From an uncultured Candidatus Rokubacteria bacterium (GTDB lineage Bacteria > Methylomirabilota > Methylomirabilia > Rokubacteriales > CSP1-6): a stretch of 64,000 bases of DNA. The position numbers were made by a program, and so were the translations under genes. The notes beneath the pieces were generated by a model that was not told the DNA's origin, did no database searches, and worked only from the letters and a program-made list of their open reading frames with translations. Below are positions 36,957 to 47,300 of this stretch, piece by piece (positions within the stretch are counted from its first letter, which is position 1; each line of letters starts with the position of its first letter). The DNA is taken from the NCBI GenBank assembly GCA_963762145.1, contig CAVXJS010000021.1, positions 704,001 to 768,000 on the forward strand. The letters run 5' to 3'.

Positions 36957-38857
36957 ATCCGGCGCTCCTGGGGCAGCAGACTCGCGATCAGCGGCGCGAA
37001 CGCGGACGCTTCCACCGGCTTGGCCACGTGGCTGTCGTACCCCGCGCGCAGCGTCCGCCGCCGGTCCTCGGCCGCCGCGTACGCGGTCAGCGCGATGGCC
37101 GGGATGTGGCGGCCGCGCCCCGCCTCGAGGTGGCGCACCCGGCGGATCAGGTCGTAGCCGTCCTCGCCGGGCATGCCGATGTCGCTCACCAGCACGTCGG
37201 GCCACCGCTGCTCGATGGCGGCCACCGCCTCGGCCACCGACGGCGCGGTCGTCACCCGTGCCCCCTCGAAGCCGAGCGCCACCTTCAGGACCTCCCGCGT
37301 CTCGGCGTCGTCGTCCACGACCAGCACGTCCACGTTCTCGAGCCGGCGCGTCACGGTCGGATCGGGTCTGCCCGGCCGGGCGCGGGGCGGCGCCGGGACC
37401 GCCTCCGCCGCCGCGAGCGGCAGGCGGACCGTGAAGGTGGCGCCGCGGCCCTCCCCCGGACTCTCGGCCCGGATCGTGCCGCCGTGCAGCTCCACGATCT
37501 GCCGCGCGATCGAGAGCCCGATCCCGAGGCCGCCGTGCGATCGCATCGTGCCGCTCTCGCCCTGGCGGAAACGGTCGAAGACGTGCGGGACGAGCCCCGG
37601 CGTCATGCCGCGCCCCGTGTCGGTCACGGTCACCTCGGCCTCCGGGCCCACCCGGCGCAGCACCACCGTCACCCGGCCGCCCGCGGGAGTGAACCGGACC
37701 GCGTTCGACAGGAGGTTCCACAGTACCTGCTGCAGCCGCGTCGAATCGCCGAGCACCGGCCCGGTCGCGGGGTCGAGCGCGGTGGTCACCGTGATGGAGC
37801 GGTTCTCGGCCGCGGCGCGCACGGTCTCGATGGTCGGGACGATGACCGCGGCCAGGTCCACCCGCTCGATGGCGAGACGGAAGCGCCCCGAGACGATGCG
37901 CGAGACGTCCAGGAGATCCTCGATGAGCCGCGCCTGCAGGACCGCGCTGCGGTCGATGGTGTCGACCGCGCGGGCGAGGGTCTGCGAGTCCCGGGGCCCG
38001 TTGCGCAGGACACCCGCCCAGAGCCGGAGCGTGTTCAGCGGCGTGCGCAGCTCGTGGGAGACGACGGCCAGAAAATCGTCCTTGGCCTGGCTCGCCGCCT
38101 CCGCGTCCTGCCGGGCCTTTCGCTCGCGCGCGAGCAGCTCGCCGCGCTCGAGGTCGCGCGCCCGCGCGATCTCCTCGGCCACGTGGCGGCCGGTGGCATC
38201 GAGCGCCACGATCGCGACCGCGCGGGGCTCGCCCGCTTCGCGGGCCAGCGAGAGATTCACGGTCACCCGACGGATCGATCCATCCGGCCGGGCGTGCTGG
38301 GTCTCGAACGACGCCTCGGGAGCGTCCGGCCTCAGGCCGCGGAGCGCGGCCACCGCGCGGGGCCGATCCGCGACGGGGATGGTCTCCGCGAACGAGGCGT
38401 CGCGCACCTCGTCGGGGGCGCGGCCGACGAGGTCGCAGTAGCGCGCGTTGACGAGCACGAAGTGGCCAGCGAGGTCGGTCTGCGCGATGCCGACGGTGGG
38501 CTGGCCGACGATCGCGTCGAGCTGGGCGTCGCGGCTGCGGTCCGCGCGCCGGGCCAGGTCCCGCGCCTCCCCGGCCGCCTCGAGGTCACGCGTGAGATCG
38601 TCCGCCGTCTCCGCCATCCGCGTCATGGACCGGATGATGGCCTGGCCCGCGACCGCCGCCAGCCCCAGCGCAGACAGCAGCACCGCCGCGCATATCACGC
38701 CGAGCGCCCACATCCACGGCGTGGGCGCCGGCGCGACGAGGGCGAGGGTCAGCCACACCGAGAACGCCACCGCCGGCACCGCGCACAGGAGGACGAGCCC
38801 CACGAGGTACGCGCGGAGCGACAGGTGCGGCCGGCGCGGGGTCAGCGGGCCAGACAT
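36953..38857 (-). CDS. Membrane hybrid sensor histidine kinase (2TM-PAS-HisKA-HATPase-REC)
   Basis: SHELRTPL, LWNLLSNA, DTGRG, GGLGIGL, VLVVDD, SDIGMPGEDG. Confidence 0.92.
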   Translation of the reverse strand: MSGPLTPRRPHLSLRAYLVGLVLLCAVPAVAFSVWLTLALVAPAPTPWMWALGVICAAVLLSALGLAAVAGQAIIRSMTRMAETADDLTRDLEAAGEARDLARRADRSRDAQLDAIVGQPTVGIAQTDLAGHFVLVNARYCDLVGRAPDEVRDASFAETIPVADRPRAVAALRGLRPDAPEASFETQHARPDGSIRRVTVNLSLAREAGEPRAVAIVALDATGRHVAEEIARARDLERGELLARERKARQDAEAASQAKDDFLAVVSHELRTPLNTLRLWAGVLRNGPRDSQTLARAVDTIDRSAVLQARLIEDLLDVSRIVSGRFRLAIERVDLAAVIVPTIETVRAAAENRSITVTTALDPATGPVLGDSTRLQQVLWNLLSNAVRFTPAGGRVTVVLRRVGPEAEVTVTDTGRGMTPGLVPHVFDRFRQGESGTMRSHGGLGIGLSIARQIVELHGGTIRAESPGEGRGATFTVRLPLAAAEAVPAPPRARPGRPDPTVTRRLENVDVLVVDDDAETREVLKVALGFEGARVTTAPSVAEAVAAIEQRWPDVLVSDIGMPGEDGYDLIRRVRHLEAGRGRHIPAIALTAYAAAEDRRRTLRAGYDSHVAKPVEASAFAPLIASLLPQERRI

Positions 38858-40377
38858 GCCGGGCTCCTGGCCGCGGCCGGCTCGTCCGCCTCCGCATCCC
38901 GGTAGGCACGGAAGTGCGGATAGAGATCCACCGGATGCAGGAGCGGCGCCGCGGGCAGCCGCACGGATGGCGGGTGGAGAATGAAGGTGTGCAGCTCCTC
39001 CTCGGACGGGCCGGCGTGCGCGCCGAGCTCGTCGATGAAGCTCACGTCGCCCCCGGGCGCGCCCGTGCCGTACAGCACGATGTCACCCGCGCTCGGCATC
39101 GCCAGCAGGTCATGGAGCCCGGCCACGACCACCGCGCGATCGGCGCGCCGCGCGAACGGATCACGCACCGCGGGGTCGGACCCGCGGCCCAGCGGCACGC
39201 GATGACCGCGGTACCAGCAGAGGGGCCCGCGCGCGCCGCGCACGAGCACGAGACCGATCCCGGTGTGGCGCGACAGGCGCGCGAGGACACCCGGGTGGCG
39301 CGACTCGATCTCGGCCGCCGACAGGGTCTCGCGGCGATCCATGAAGTACACGAAGGCGTTGGGGCCGGCCGCGATCACCTTGACCTCGTCGCCCTCCACG
39401 CCGAGGGCGTCGCGCACCACTCGCTCGATCGTGATCCCCCGCGTGACGCGATGGAACGGCCGGGTCGGCGCCTGCCCGTGGTCCGAGAGGATGTAGAGGT
39501 CATAGCCCATCTCGGGGATGCGGCGGATGACGCGGGCGAGCTGCTGGATCGAGCGGTCCACCCGCCGCAGCGCGCGAAAGGCAAGACGGTCCGCGGGCCC
39601 GAAGGCGTGCGAGAACACGTCGTAGTCGAGGAAGTTGACGTAGATCGCGGGCACCCCGCGGTAGAGGTCGGCGGAGACGAGCAGCGTGAAGAGCTGCCGC
39701 GCCCAGATGGACACGCCGATGTCGATCGCGAGCGCCTCGATGGCGCGGCGGAGCGAGAGGCGCCCGGCGGTCAGCGCGGTCGCGGTACGGCCCACCGAGC
39801 GGGCGAGGGTCACGAGGGTGAGTCCCACGCACTTGAGCGCCACCCACCCGATCAGCAGCAGCGAGAGCGCGGTGCGGCGCAGACCGGAGCCGGCCCGGGT
39901 GAGGCGCTTCAAGCGCGCGTAGGTCCACAGGCTCTCGGGCGCACCGCCGGTGAAGACGCAGCCGTAGCAGGCGCCGTCCTCGAGGATCCCCGCGTGGCCG
40001 GCGGAGAGCCGACTCTCCACGTGATCGGCCACGCCGCGCTCGGGGAAGTGCAGCTCGCGGCCCTCGCGCTTGTCGTAGTAGTGAAAGCCCGGGATGTCCG
40101 GCCGAACGCCGTACATGATCGACGCCTGGAAGGCGGGCGTGGACGTGGGCAGCCCGACCGACAGTTCGCGCCGCTCGAGCTCGCCGGTCGCGAGGAGCCG
40201 CCGCGTGTTGCGCATGCTGCCGCCGGCCAGCGCCCGGTCGAGGATCCCGCGGGAGAGCCCGTCGATCTGGATGATCAGGAAGCGGCGGCGCGGCTCGATC
40301 CCGCCGGTCGGCGCGAGCCGCATCCACCGGCTCCATCGGTCCATCCCCGCCTGCAGTCGAAGGAAGAGCGACTCCAT
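38842..40377 (-). CDS. Alkaline phosphatase/nucleotide pyrophosphatase superfamily protein
   Basis: IIQIDGLS, P.STPA.Q, YD.FSH..GP, LSDHGQ, GAHAG. Confidence 0.85.
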   Translation of the reverse strand: MESLFLRLQAGMDRWSRWMRLAPTGGIEPRRRFLIIQIDGLSRGILDRALAGGSMRNTRRLLATGELERRELSVGLPTSTPAFQASIMYGVRPDIPGFHYYDKREGRELHFPERGVADHVESRLSAGHAGILEDGACYGCVFTGGAPESLWTYARLKRLTRAGSGLRRTALSLLLIGWVALKCVGLTLVTLARSVGRTATALTAGRLSLRRAIEALAIDIGVSIWARQLFTLLVSADLYRGVPAIYVNFLDYDVFSHAFGPADRLAFRALRRVDRSIQQLARVIRRIPEMGYDLYILSDHGQAPTRPFHRVTRGITIERVVRDALGVEGDEVKVIAAGPNAFVYFMDRRETLSAAEIESRHPGVLARLSRHTGIGLVLVRGARGPLCWYRGHRVPLGRGSDPAVRDPFARRADRAVVVAGLHDLLAMPSAGDIVLYGTGAPGGDVSFIDELGAHAGPSEEELHTFILHPPSVRLPAAPLLHPVDLYPHFRAYRDAEADEPAAARSPACLAR

Positions 40378-40381
40378 CGCG

Positions 40382-41044
40382 CTACCCACGAGCGAGGGCC
40401 TTCCGGCCCAGCGCGGCCAGGACGACGAGCACGAGCGCGGCGGCGGCCGCCGCGGCGAGCAATGCCCAGGAGGCGGTCCCGCGCGTCGTCGCGTCCAGGA
40501 GGAGGCCGGCACCCACCACGAGCACCGCGTTCATCGGGATCATGGCCAGCTCCGACCAGCCGAAGTAGCGCCAGAAGGTGATGCCGGTCAGGCCGAAGCC
40601 GTAGTTCACGACCGCGAACGGCAAGATCGGAACGATGCGCAGCACCGGGATCACGGCCCAGTCGTGCTCCTCCACCAGCGCGGAGAGTCGCGTGAAGCCG
40701 TCGGTGCCGGCGAGCCGTTCCGCGAGGGCGTCGCGCGCGAGGTAGCGGGCGATGAGAAACCCGAGCGCGGCCGAGATCGCACTCGCCACCACCATGACGA
40801 CGAACGCGGGGACGATCCCGAAGAGAAACGGCGACAGCAGGGTGAAGGGCATGCCGGGCACGCCGATCAGGGTGGCGCCGACGTAGACGAGGACGAAGAC
40901 GGCGGGAGCGAGGACACCCAGCGTCGCGGTCCAGCCCTGCGCGGCCTCCAGGTACCGGCCCACGTCGACGACGTGGCCGACCCCCACCATGGCGAGCAGG
41001 AACAGGCCCGCCGCGACCAGCGGCCAGATGCGGCGCCGGCTCAC
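40382..41044 (-). CDS. TVP38/TMEM64 (VTT/DedA) membrane protein
   Basis: F.IARY, LRIVPILPF..VNY..GLT.I.F..Y. Confidence 0.88.
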   Translation of the reverse strand: MSRRRIWPLVAAGLFLLAMVGVGHVVDVGRYLEAAQGWTATLGVLAPAVFVLVYVGATLIGVPGMPFTLLSPFLFGIVPAFVVMVVASAISAALGFLIARYLARDALAERLAGTDGFTRLSALVEEHDWAVIPVLRIVPILPFAVVNYGFGLTGITFWRYFGWSELAMIPMNAVLVVGAGLLLDATTRGTASWALLAAAAAAALVLVVLAALGRKALARG

Positions 41045-41104
41045 GGCAGGCGGGGGACGGGCGCGGCCACCGCGCGAAGCGGAGAGGCGGGCATGGCGGG
41101 CGCC

Positions 41105-41998
41105 CTAGGCCGACGGCTCGGGGGCCGGCGGTGCGGCGAGCGCGTCCGCGCCGATCGGCCGACTCGCCGCCTCGTCGATCGCAGCCGTCCAGATGGACGC
41201 GTCCTCCTCGCTCATGCTCCCGTGCGGCAGGAGCCGCGCGTCCTCGTAGCCCCAGAGCTGCACGTCCACGAGGTACTGCGCGCGCGAGGTCAGCGGGCCC
41301 CGGCAGATGCGCCGCGCGGGGGCCTGGCGCATCTCCTGCTCGAGGATCTCGAGGCACCGCCGCATGAGCGGCTCCGGGATGCGTCGCCGCTCGGACGGGT
41401 AGATGAAACCGAACATGATCAGGTGGCTCAGGAGCACGCGCCAGTGCTGGCCGAAGCGGCGGGTCAGGCGGCTCCAGTCGATCTGCTCGGCGCGCGCGTG
41501 GATGAGGTGCGCGATGTCCGCGCCGTCGTAGCGCTCGCGCTCCATCACGTAGGCCTTGGACCAGATCGTCTCCTCGACCGGGCAGAGATGCACCGGCTGG
41601 CCCATCACGGTCGCAGGAACCGCGTGACGGAACCACTCGTCGTCCACCGGGCAGGCCGAGTTGCCCGAGCTCCAGATGACGTCGATGTGGTCGTGGTCGT
41701 CGCGCTTGATCTTGCCGAGCCAGTGCGGAAACGTGAGCTCGCTGCGGTAGCCGAGACGCCGCTCCAGATGCGCGAGCGCGCGCGGCGCGTCCCGCTCGCG
41801 CATGAACAGGTCGAGATCCTTCACCGAGCGGCCGATGCCGAGATAGCGCTCGAGGGCGTGGCCGCCGCCCACGAGGAATGGAAATCCGCCCGCGCGCAGC
41901 TCCGCGAGCACTCGGCGGTAGAAGCGGCGCGTCGCCACCGGCAGCGCGGGCCTCCGAACCGGCGCGCGGCCCGCGGGGGCCGCCACCGCCGGGGTCAT
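41105..41998 (-). CDS. Uncharacterised Pol-beta-superfamily nucleotidyltransferase
   Basis: FLVGG.HAL..Y.G..R..KDLDLF, IDVI.SSGN, SKAYVMERERYDGAD. Confidence 0.8.
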   Translation of the reverse strand: MTPAVAAPAGRAPVRRPALPVATRRFYRRVLAELRAGGFPFLVGGGHALERYLGIGRSVKDLDLFMRERDAPRALAHLERRLGYRSELTFPHWLGKIKRDDHDHIDVIWSSGNSACPVDDEWFRHAVPATVMGQPVHLCPVEETIWSKAYVMERERYDGADIAHLIHARAEQIDWSRLTRRFGQHWRVLLSHLIMFGFIYPSERRRIPEPLMRRCLEILEQEMRQAPARRICRGPLTSRAQYLVDVQLWGYEDARLLPHGSMSEEDASIWTAAIDEAASRPIGADALAAPPAPEPSA

Positions 41999-42789
41999 GC
42001 GCGAGCCCCCGCGACCGTCGTGCCGTCCGCGGGCGCGCCATGGCCAGCCGGCTCCTCGCCAACCGGGATCTCGACCACACGGAAGGGAAGCTGATCGGGG
42101 AAGCGCCGGCGCAGGAGCGGGAGCGCCACGTTGTACACCGGCACCCCCGCCGAGGTGGTGCCCTCGAGCTGGCCGCGGTGGGCGTGCCCGTGGAACACCG
42201 CATCGGGCCGGTAGCGATTGATCGGCTCCTCGAGGCGGCTCGAGCCCAGGAACGGATAGATCTCGACGGGCTCACCGTCCACGGTGGCGCCGATGGGCGC
42301 GTAATGGAGTACCGCCACGCGGCCCCGCGTGCGCAACCGGGCGAGCGCCGATTCGAGCTTGAGCGCCTCCTCGACCGCCGCGGCCACGAACGCCTTCACC
42401 GGGCCTTCGCCCCACGACTGCAGCGCGCGGGCCCCGAATCCTCCCGGGAAGCCCTTGGCCCCCGCGAAGCCCACACCCTGCACCTCGATCGCGGTGCCGT
42501 CCAGCACCGAGACGCCGGCCGCGTCGGTCAGGATCCGGGCCACCTCGTCGGGGACACCTGATTCGAAATCATGGTTGCCGAGCACCGCGACCTTCGGCAC
42601 CTTCGTCGCACTGAGTTCCTTGGCCAGGACGCGCGCCTCCTCCGGGGTGCCGTAGTCCGTGAGGTCGCCGCAGAGGACGAGCACGTCAGCGCTTTCCGCA
42701 ATCTTTGCGAAGAGGGACTGGAAGGCGCCCTCCGAGGTCCGGGTGCAGTGGAGGTCGCCGACGGCGGCGACGCGTAGCGACGGAGTCAT
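41995..42789 (-). CDS. Calcineurin-like metallophosphoesterase
   Basis: GDLH, GDLTD, GNHD, LHY, HGHAH. Confidence 0.9.
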   Translation of the reverse strand: MTPSLRVAAVGDLHCTRTSEGAFQSLFAKIAESADVLVLCGDLTDYGTPEEARVLAKELSATKVPKVAVLGNHDFESGVPDEVARILTDAAGVSVLDGTAIEVQGVGFAGAKGFPGGFGARALQSWGEGPVKAFVAAAVEEALKLESALARLRTRGRVAVLHYAPIGATVDGEPVEIYPFLGSSRLEEPINRYRPDAVFHGHAHRGQLEGTTSAGVPVYNVALPLLRRRFPDQLPFRVVEIPVGEEPAGHGAPADGTTVAGARA

Positions 42790-42802
42790 GAGGGGTGGGG
42801 GC

Positions 42803-42818
42803 TGCAACCCCCATGCCC
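42803..42818 (-). promoter_or_regulatory. Sigma-54 promoter for the phosphoesterase-NTase operon
   Basis: Minus strand GGGCATGGGGGTTGCA; -12 C lies 15 nt before ATG 42789. Confidence 0.7.
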
Positions 42819-42886
42819 GGGGGCGGCCTCGCCAAACCTCGTGTTACCGGCAGGCGGCCGCGCGAAGCCACCCGGGTCGGAAGCTC

Positions 42887-43384
42887 CTACCCGGTAGATT
42901 TGCCTCGCCCCGTCCCCCCCGGCCGGGCCGTGAGCCCCGAAGCCAGGAGCGCGCCGAAGCCGAGCAGGAACAGGCCGCACCGGGCGGCGTGCGTGAACTC
43001 CCACTGATCCCGGAGCCGGGTCCAGTCGGCGGGTACGCTGGCCGGCGTCCAGGCCGCGAACGCCGCGTTCACCGGGTTGACGAGGAGCCAGAACAGCACG
43101 TGCGCCAGCACCAGGCACGCGGCCCCCGCCGCCGCCCAGCGACGCGCGGCGACGGGTGATGTGCGCGACCTTGCAAGACCGGCAGCCCAGATCACCGCCA
43201 GGGCGACGGCGCCGACCTCGATCACCGCGCCGACGATCGCGAAGTAGCGATAGAGCGTATGGGTGACGGTCACGTAGAGCGCCGGATCATACGTGCGACG
43301 GACCGGCATCTCGAGCACGTGCGCGAGCGGCGCGCCGATCGCCAGCGCAGCGAGCAGCAGGGTGATGAAGGCCAGGGCGACCAT
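42887..43384 (-). CDS. DUF1772/anthrone oxygenase-like membrane protein
   Basis: AHVLEMP, PVN....W....P.DW..LRDQWE..H. Confidence 0.8.
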   Translation of the reverse strand: MVALAFITLLLAALAIGAPLAHVLEMPVRRTYDPALYVTVTHTLYRYFAIVGAVIEVGAVALAVIWAAGLARSRTSPVAARRWAAAGAACLVLAHVLFWLLVNPVNAAFAAWTPASVPADWTRLRDQWEFTHAARCGLFLLGFGALLASGLTARPGGTGRGKSTG

Positions 43385-43397
43385 GGCCGCTGTTGAC

Positions 43398-43413
43398 AGC
43401 AACCGCGGTGCCA
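43398..43413 (-). promoter_or_regulatory. Sigma-54 promoter
   Basis: Minus strand TGGCACCGCGGTTGCT, full consensus; -12 C lies 15 nt before ATG 43384. Confidence 0.75.
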
Positions 43414-43446
43414 GCCGGATCGGGTCGTCCCGACCGGGTCTCCCCC

Positions 43447-43462
43447 TGGCAGCGGGCTTGCA
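43447..43462 (+). promoter_or_regulatory. Sigma-54 promoter (divergent partner)
   Basis: TGGCAGCGGGCTTGCA; -12 C lies 15 nt before ATG 43476. Confidence 0.7.
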
Positions 43463-43475
43463 GATCAATTCGGTC

Positions 43476-44303
43476 ATGCGAAGCGCGCGCACATGGCACG
43501 GAGGTCTGCTGATCGGGCTTGGTCTCGTCCTGTCCCTCGCGTCCGTCGCTCCGGACGCCCTGGCCGGGCCGGTGGCGGTGCGCTACACGGAAGGCGTCAC
43601 CCACGGTTTTCTGACCCTCCGCTCGACCGCCGGCGACCTGCTGGCCGACGGCGACCTGCTGCAGGTCGTTCGCCCCGAGGGCGTGGATTCGCGCCTCGTG
43701 TTCCGCTTCAAGGACGGCTCGCTCTACGACGAGACCGTGGTGTTCACGCAGAACAAGGTGTTCACCCTCATGAGCTATCGCCTCGTGCAGCGCGGACCGA
43801 GCTTTCCCGACGCGATGGAGATCGCGGTGACCCGCGAGGGCGAGGGTAAGGGCCGCTACAAGGTCACGTCACGGCGCGCGGGCGGCGAGGCGGAGACCGT
43901 GACCGGCGAGATGGATCTGCCGTCCGACGTCTACAACGGCATGTTCATCATGCTGCTCAAGAACCTGCCGAAGGCCACGGCCGAGACGGTCCACGTGCTC
44001 GCGTTCACGCCGAAGCCGACCCTCCTCCAGGTCGAGCTCACCCCGCAGGCCGGGGAGACGGTCCTGGCGGGCGACCGCCGGGTCCCGGCCACCCACTTCG
44101 TGCTCAAGCCGAAGCTCGGGTTGGTGCGCGGCGCGGCGGCCGCGCTGTTGGGAAAGACCCCGCCCGACTATCACTGCTGGATCACGACCGCCGACCTGCC
44201 CGCGTTCGTGGCGATCGACGGCCCGCTCTACACCGGCGGCCCCATCTGGCGGTTCGAGACGACGAGCCCGCGGGGCCCGGAGCGGCCGGCGGCGGGCCGC
44301 TGA
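43476..44303 (+). CDS. Secreted hypothetical protein (beta-rich)
   Basis: Signal peptide ending DALA; coherent GC-rich codon usage. Confidence 0.75.
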   Translation: MRSARTWHGGLLIGLGLVLSLASVAPDALAGPVAVRYTEGVTHGFLTLRSTAGDLLADGDLLQVVRPEGVDSRLVFRFKDGSLYDETVVFTQNKVFTLMSYRLVQRGPSFPDAMEIAVTREGEGKGRYKVTSRRAGGEAETVTGEMDLPSDVYNGMFIMLLKNLPKATAETVHVLAFTPKPTLLQVELTPQAGETVLAGDRRVPATHFVLKPKLGLVRGAAAALLGKTPPDYHCWITTADLPAFVAIDGPLYTGGPIWRFETTSPRGPERPAAGR

Positions 44304-44310
44304 TCGGGTC

Positions 44311-47300
44311 TCAGGCCGCGCCGCGCCGTCCGGCCGCGGCGAGCCCGGCCGCGATGTCGATGAGGCGGGCCGGATCCACCGGCTTCGAGAGGTGCGCGTC
44401 GAAGCCGGCCGCGAGGGCGCGGCGCGTGTCCTCCTCGCTCGCGTACGCGGTCAACGCGATCGCGGGCAGCCGCCGGCCCAGGCCTTCCTCCATCGCCCGC
44501 AGGCGCCGCACCAGGACGTAGCCGTCCTCGACCGGCATGCCGATGTCGCTGATCAGGAGATCGGGCCGCTCGTCCCGGATCGCGTCGAGGGCCTGGGCGG
44601 CCGAATCAGCGACCCGCACCTGCGCCCCGCCGCGCTCGAGCATGAAGCGCATCACCTCGCGGGCGTCGGCCTCGTCGTCCACGATGAGCAGGCGCAGGCC
44701 CGAGAGGCTCTGGCGCACCGGCCCGTCGGTGCTCACCGCGGCGGGCGCGCGCTCGGCGTCGCGGACCGCGGCCGCCACCGGCAGGTGCACGCTGAACGTC
44801 GCGCCCTGCCCCTCGCCCTCGCTCTGCACCGTCACGCTGCCCCCGTGGAGCTCGACGAGATGCCGGACGATGGCCAGGCCGAGCCCGAGGCCGCCGTAGG
44901 CGCGGTTGGTGCTGCTCTCGGCCTGGCGGAAGCGCTCGAACACGTGGGGCAGGAACTCGCGCTTGATGCCCGCCCCGGTGTCGGCCACCGTGAGCATCAC
45001 GTCCGAGTTGCGCCCGGCCACCGACACGGTCACCCGCCCGCCCTTCGGCGTGAACTTGATCCCGTTCGAGAGCAGGTTCCAGAGCACCTGCTGCAGCCGG
45101 TCCGGATCGCCCATCACCGCGGGCAGCTCTGGCTCGATCCGCGTCTCGAGCGTCACGTTCTTGGCGAGCGCGGCGGGCTCCACCGCCTCCATCGCCGCGC
45201 GCACCACCGCGGGCAGGCGAACCGGGCGGGCCTGCAGCCGCAGCTTCCCGGTGACGATGCGCGACACGTCGAGGAGATCCTCGATGAGCTGGCCGAGCGT
45301 CTTGGTGCTCCGCTCGATGGCGTCTAGCGCGCGCTCCGCGCTCGCCGGATCGAGATTGGGCGAGCGCAACAGGTAGGCCCAGTTCAGCAGGGGCTGGAGC
45401 GGGCTGCGCAGCTCGTGCGACAGGGTGGCCAGGAACTCGTCCTTGGTCCGGCTCGCGCTCTCCGCCTCCGCGCGCATCTGGTGCTCGTGGGCCAGCATGC
45501 GCATGTTGTGGATGGCGATGGCCGCGTACTCCGCGAGCTGGCGCAGGACGGTCTCGGTGCGGTCGTTGAACGGCTTCGCGGTGCGCCGGTGCACGTAGAG
45601 CAGTCCCTCGACGCGGCCCTCCACCATGATCGGCACCACCAGGGTGGCCACGAGATCCTCGAGCTCGACGATGTCTCCGCGGGCTCGCGTGATCCGCGGG
45701 TCCACCGCCATGTTGTCGCTGCGGAACGGGTGGCCCGACTCGAGCACGAGCCCGCCCGCGCCGAAGCCCGGCTCGACCACCAGGCGCTCCGACGCGCCCC
45801 GGTACTCGCCGGCTCGGTTCCGCATGACGATGGAGCCGCTCTCCGTCTCGCGGAGGGCCACGCTGGTGAGATCGCACCGGCAGAGCTCCTTGGCGCCGTC
45901 CACCACGCGCTGCAGGACGGTGGACACGTCCTGGGCGGTGTTCAGCGAGCGGGCCAGCGCGGCCAGGACCTCCGCCTCGCGCCGCTGCCGACCCGCTTCG
46001 ACGAAGAGGATCGCGTTCTCGACCGCGACCGCGGCCTGCACCGCGAGACCCTCGAAGCCCGCGAAGTCCTCGAGCCGGAACGGGACGTCCTTGCGCCGGG
46101 CCGCCACCAGCACGCCCAGGAGCCGGTCTCGGCTCACGAGGGGCTGCGCCATCGCGTGGCGCACCCCGAGACGGACCACCTCCGGGAGCGCGTAGGGCGA
46201 ATTCGGGTAGTCGTTGACGAGCAGCGCGCGGCGCTCGCTCGCGCAGCTCGCGACCATCCCGCCCGCGGCCGGGAACGGGGCCTCCGACTCCGGCTCGGCC
46301 CGGCCCCAGACCCGGCCGAGGGACTGGCTGTCCTCGTCGAAGAGATAGGCGAAGCCGGCGCCCTCGAACAGCCGCCCCGCCCGCTCCACGATCATGCCGA
46401 GGAGACGGTCCAGGTCGAGCTCGGCGCTGAGATCGCGCTGCACGGTGGCGAGGGCCTCGAGCTGCTCGCGGCGTGATGTCTCGAGGGCGAAGAGCCGCGC
46501 CTTCTCGAGCGCGACGGCGGCCTGGTTGGCGAAGTCCTGCAGCCGCCGGATCTCGTCCGCCCCGAAGGTGCGGCCCGTCGTGTCCCCGACCGCGAGCACG
46601 CCGGTGATCAGGCCTCCGATCGCCAGGGGCACCGCGAGCACCGAGCCGTGGCCCGACTTCTCGACCAGCGCGCGCGTCTCGGGGGTCAAGGTGAGACGGG
46701 GATCGGTCAGGACATCGGGCGTCGAGACCGGGCGGCCCTCGGTCACCGCGAAGCCGGCGAGCATCTGGCCTCGTGGAATCCGGGTCCCCGGGGGAAACGG
46801 GCCCCCTTCGCCCGAGGTCGCAACCACCACGAGCTGATGCGTCACGTGATCGAGCTCCCACAGCGCGGACAAGGTCCCGCCGAGCAGGCCCCGGGTGGCC
46901 TCCGCGATGTGACGGCCCACGCTCCCGGCGTCGAGCGACTGCACGAGCGCCTCGCCCACCGCCGAGAGCGCCGCCGCGTCGCGCCGGGCCGCTCGCTCGC
47001 GCGCGAGGACGTCCGCCTGATCGCGCTCGATCGCGCGCCGCTCGGTCAGATCGCGGAATACCAGCACCACGCCCACCGTCTGTCCGGCGCGATCCCGGAT
47101 GGGGTCCGCGCCGCCCGCGATCGTGTGCTCGGCACCGCCGCGGCGCACGAGCAGGACGCCGGCGGGCAGCGCCGCCGTCCGGTGCTCGCGGAGCGCGCGC
47201 GCGGCCGGGCTCTCGGCCGGCGACCGGGTCTCCTCGTCGACAAGGCCGAAGACGGTCGCGAGGGCGCGGCCGCGGGCCTCGGCCGCCGGCCATCCGGTGA

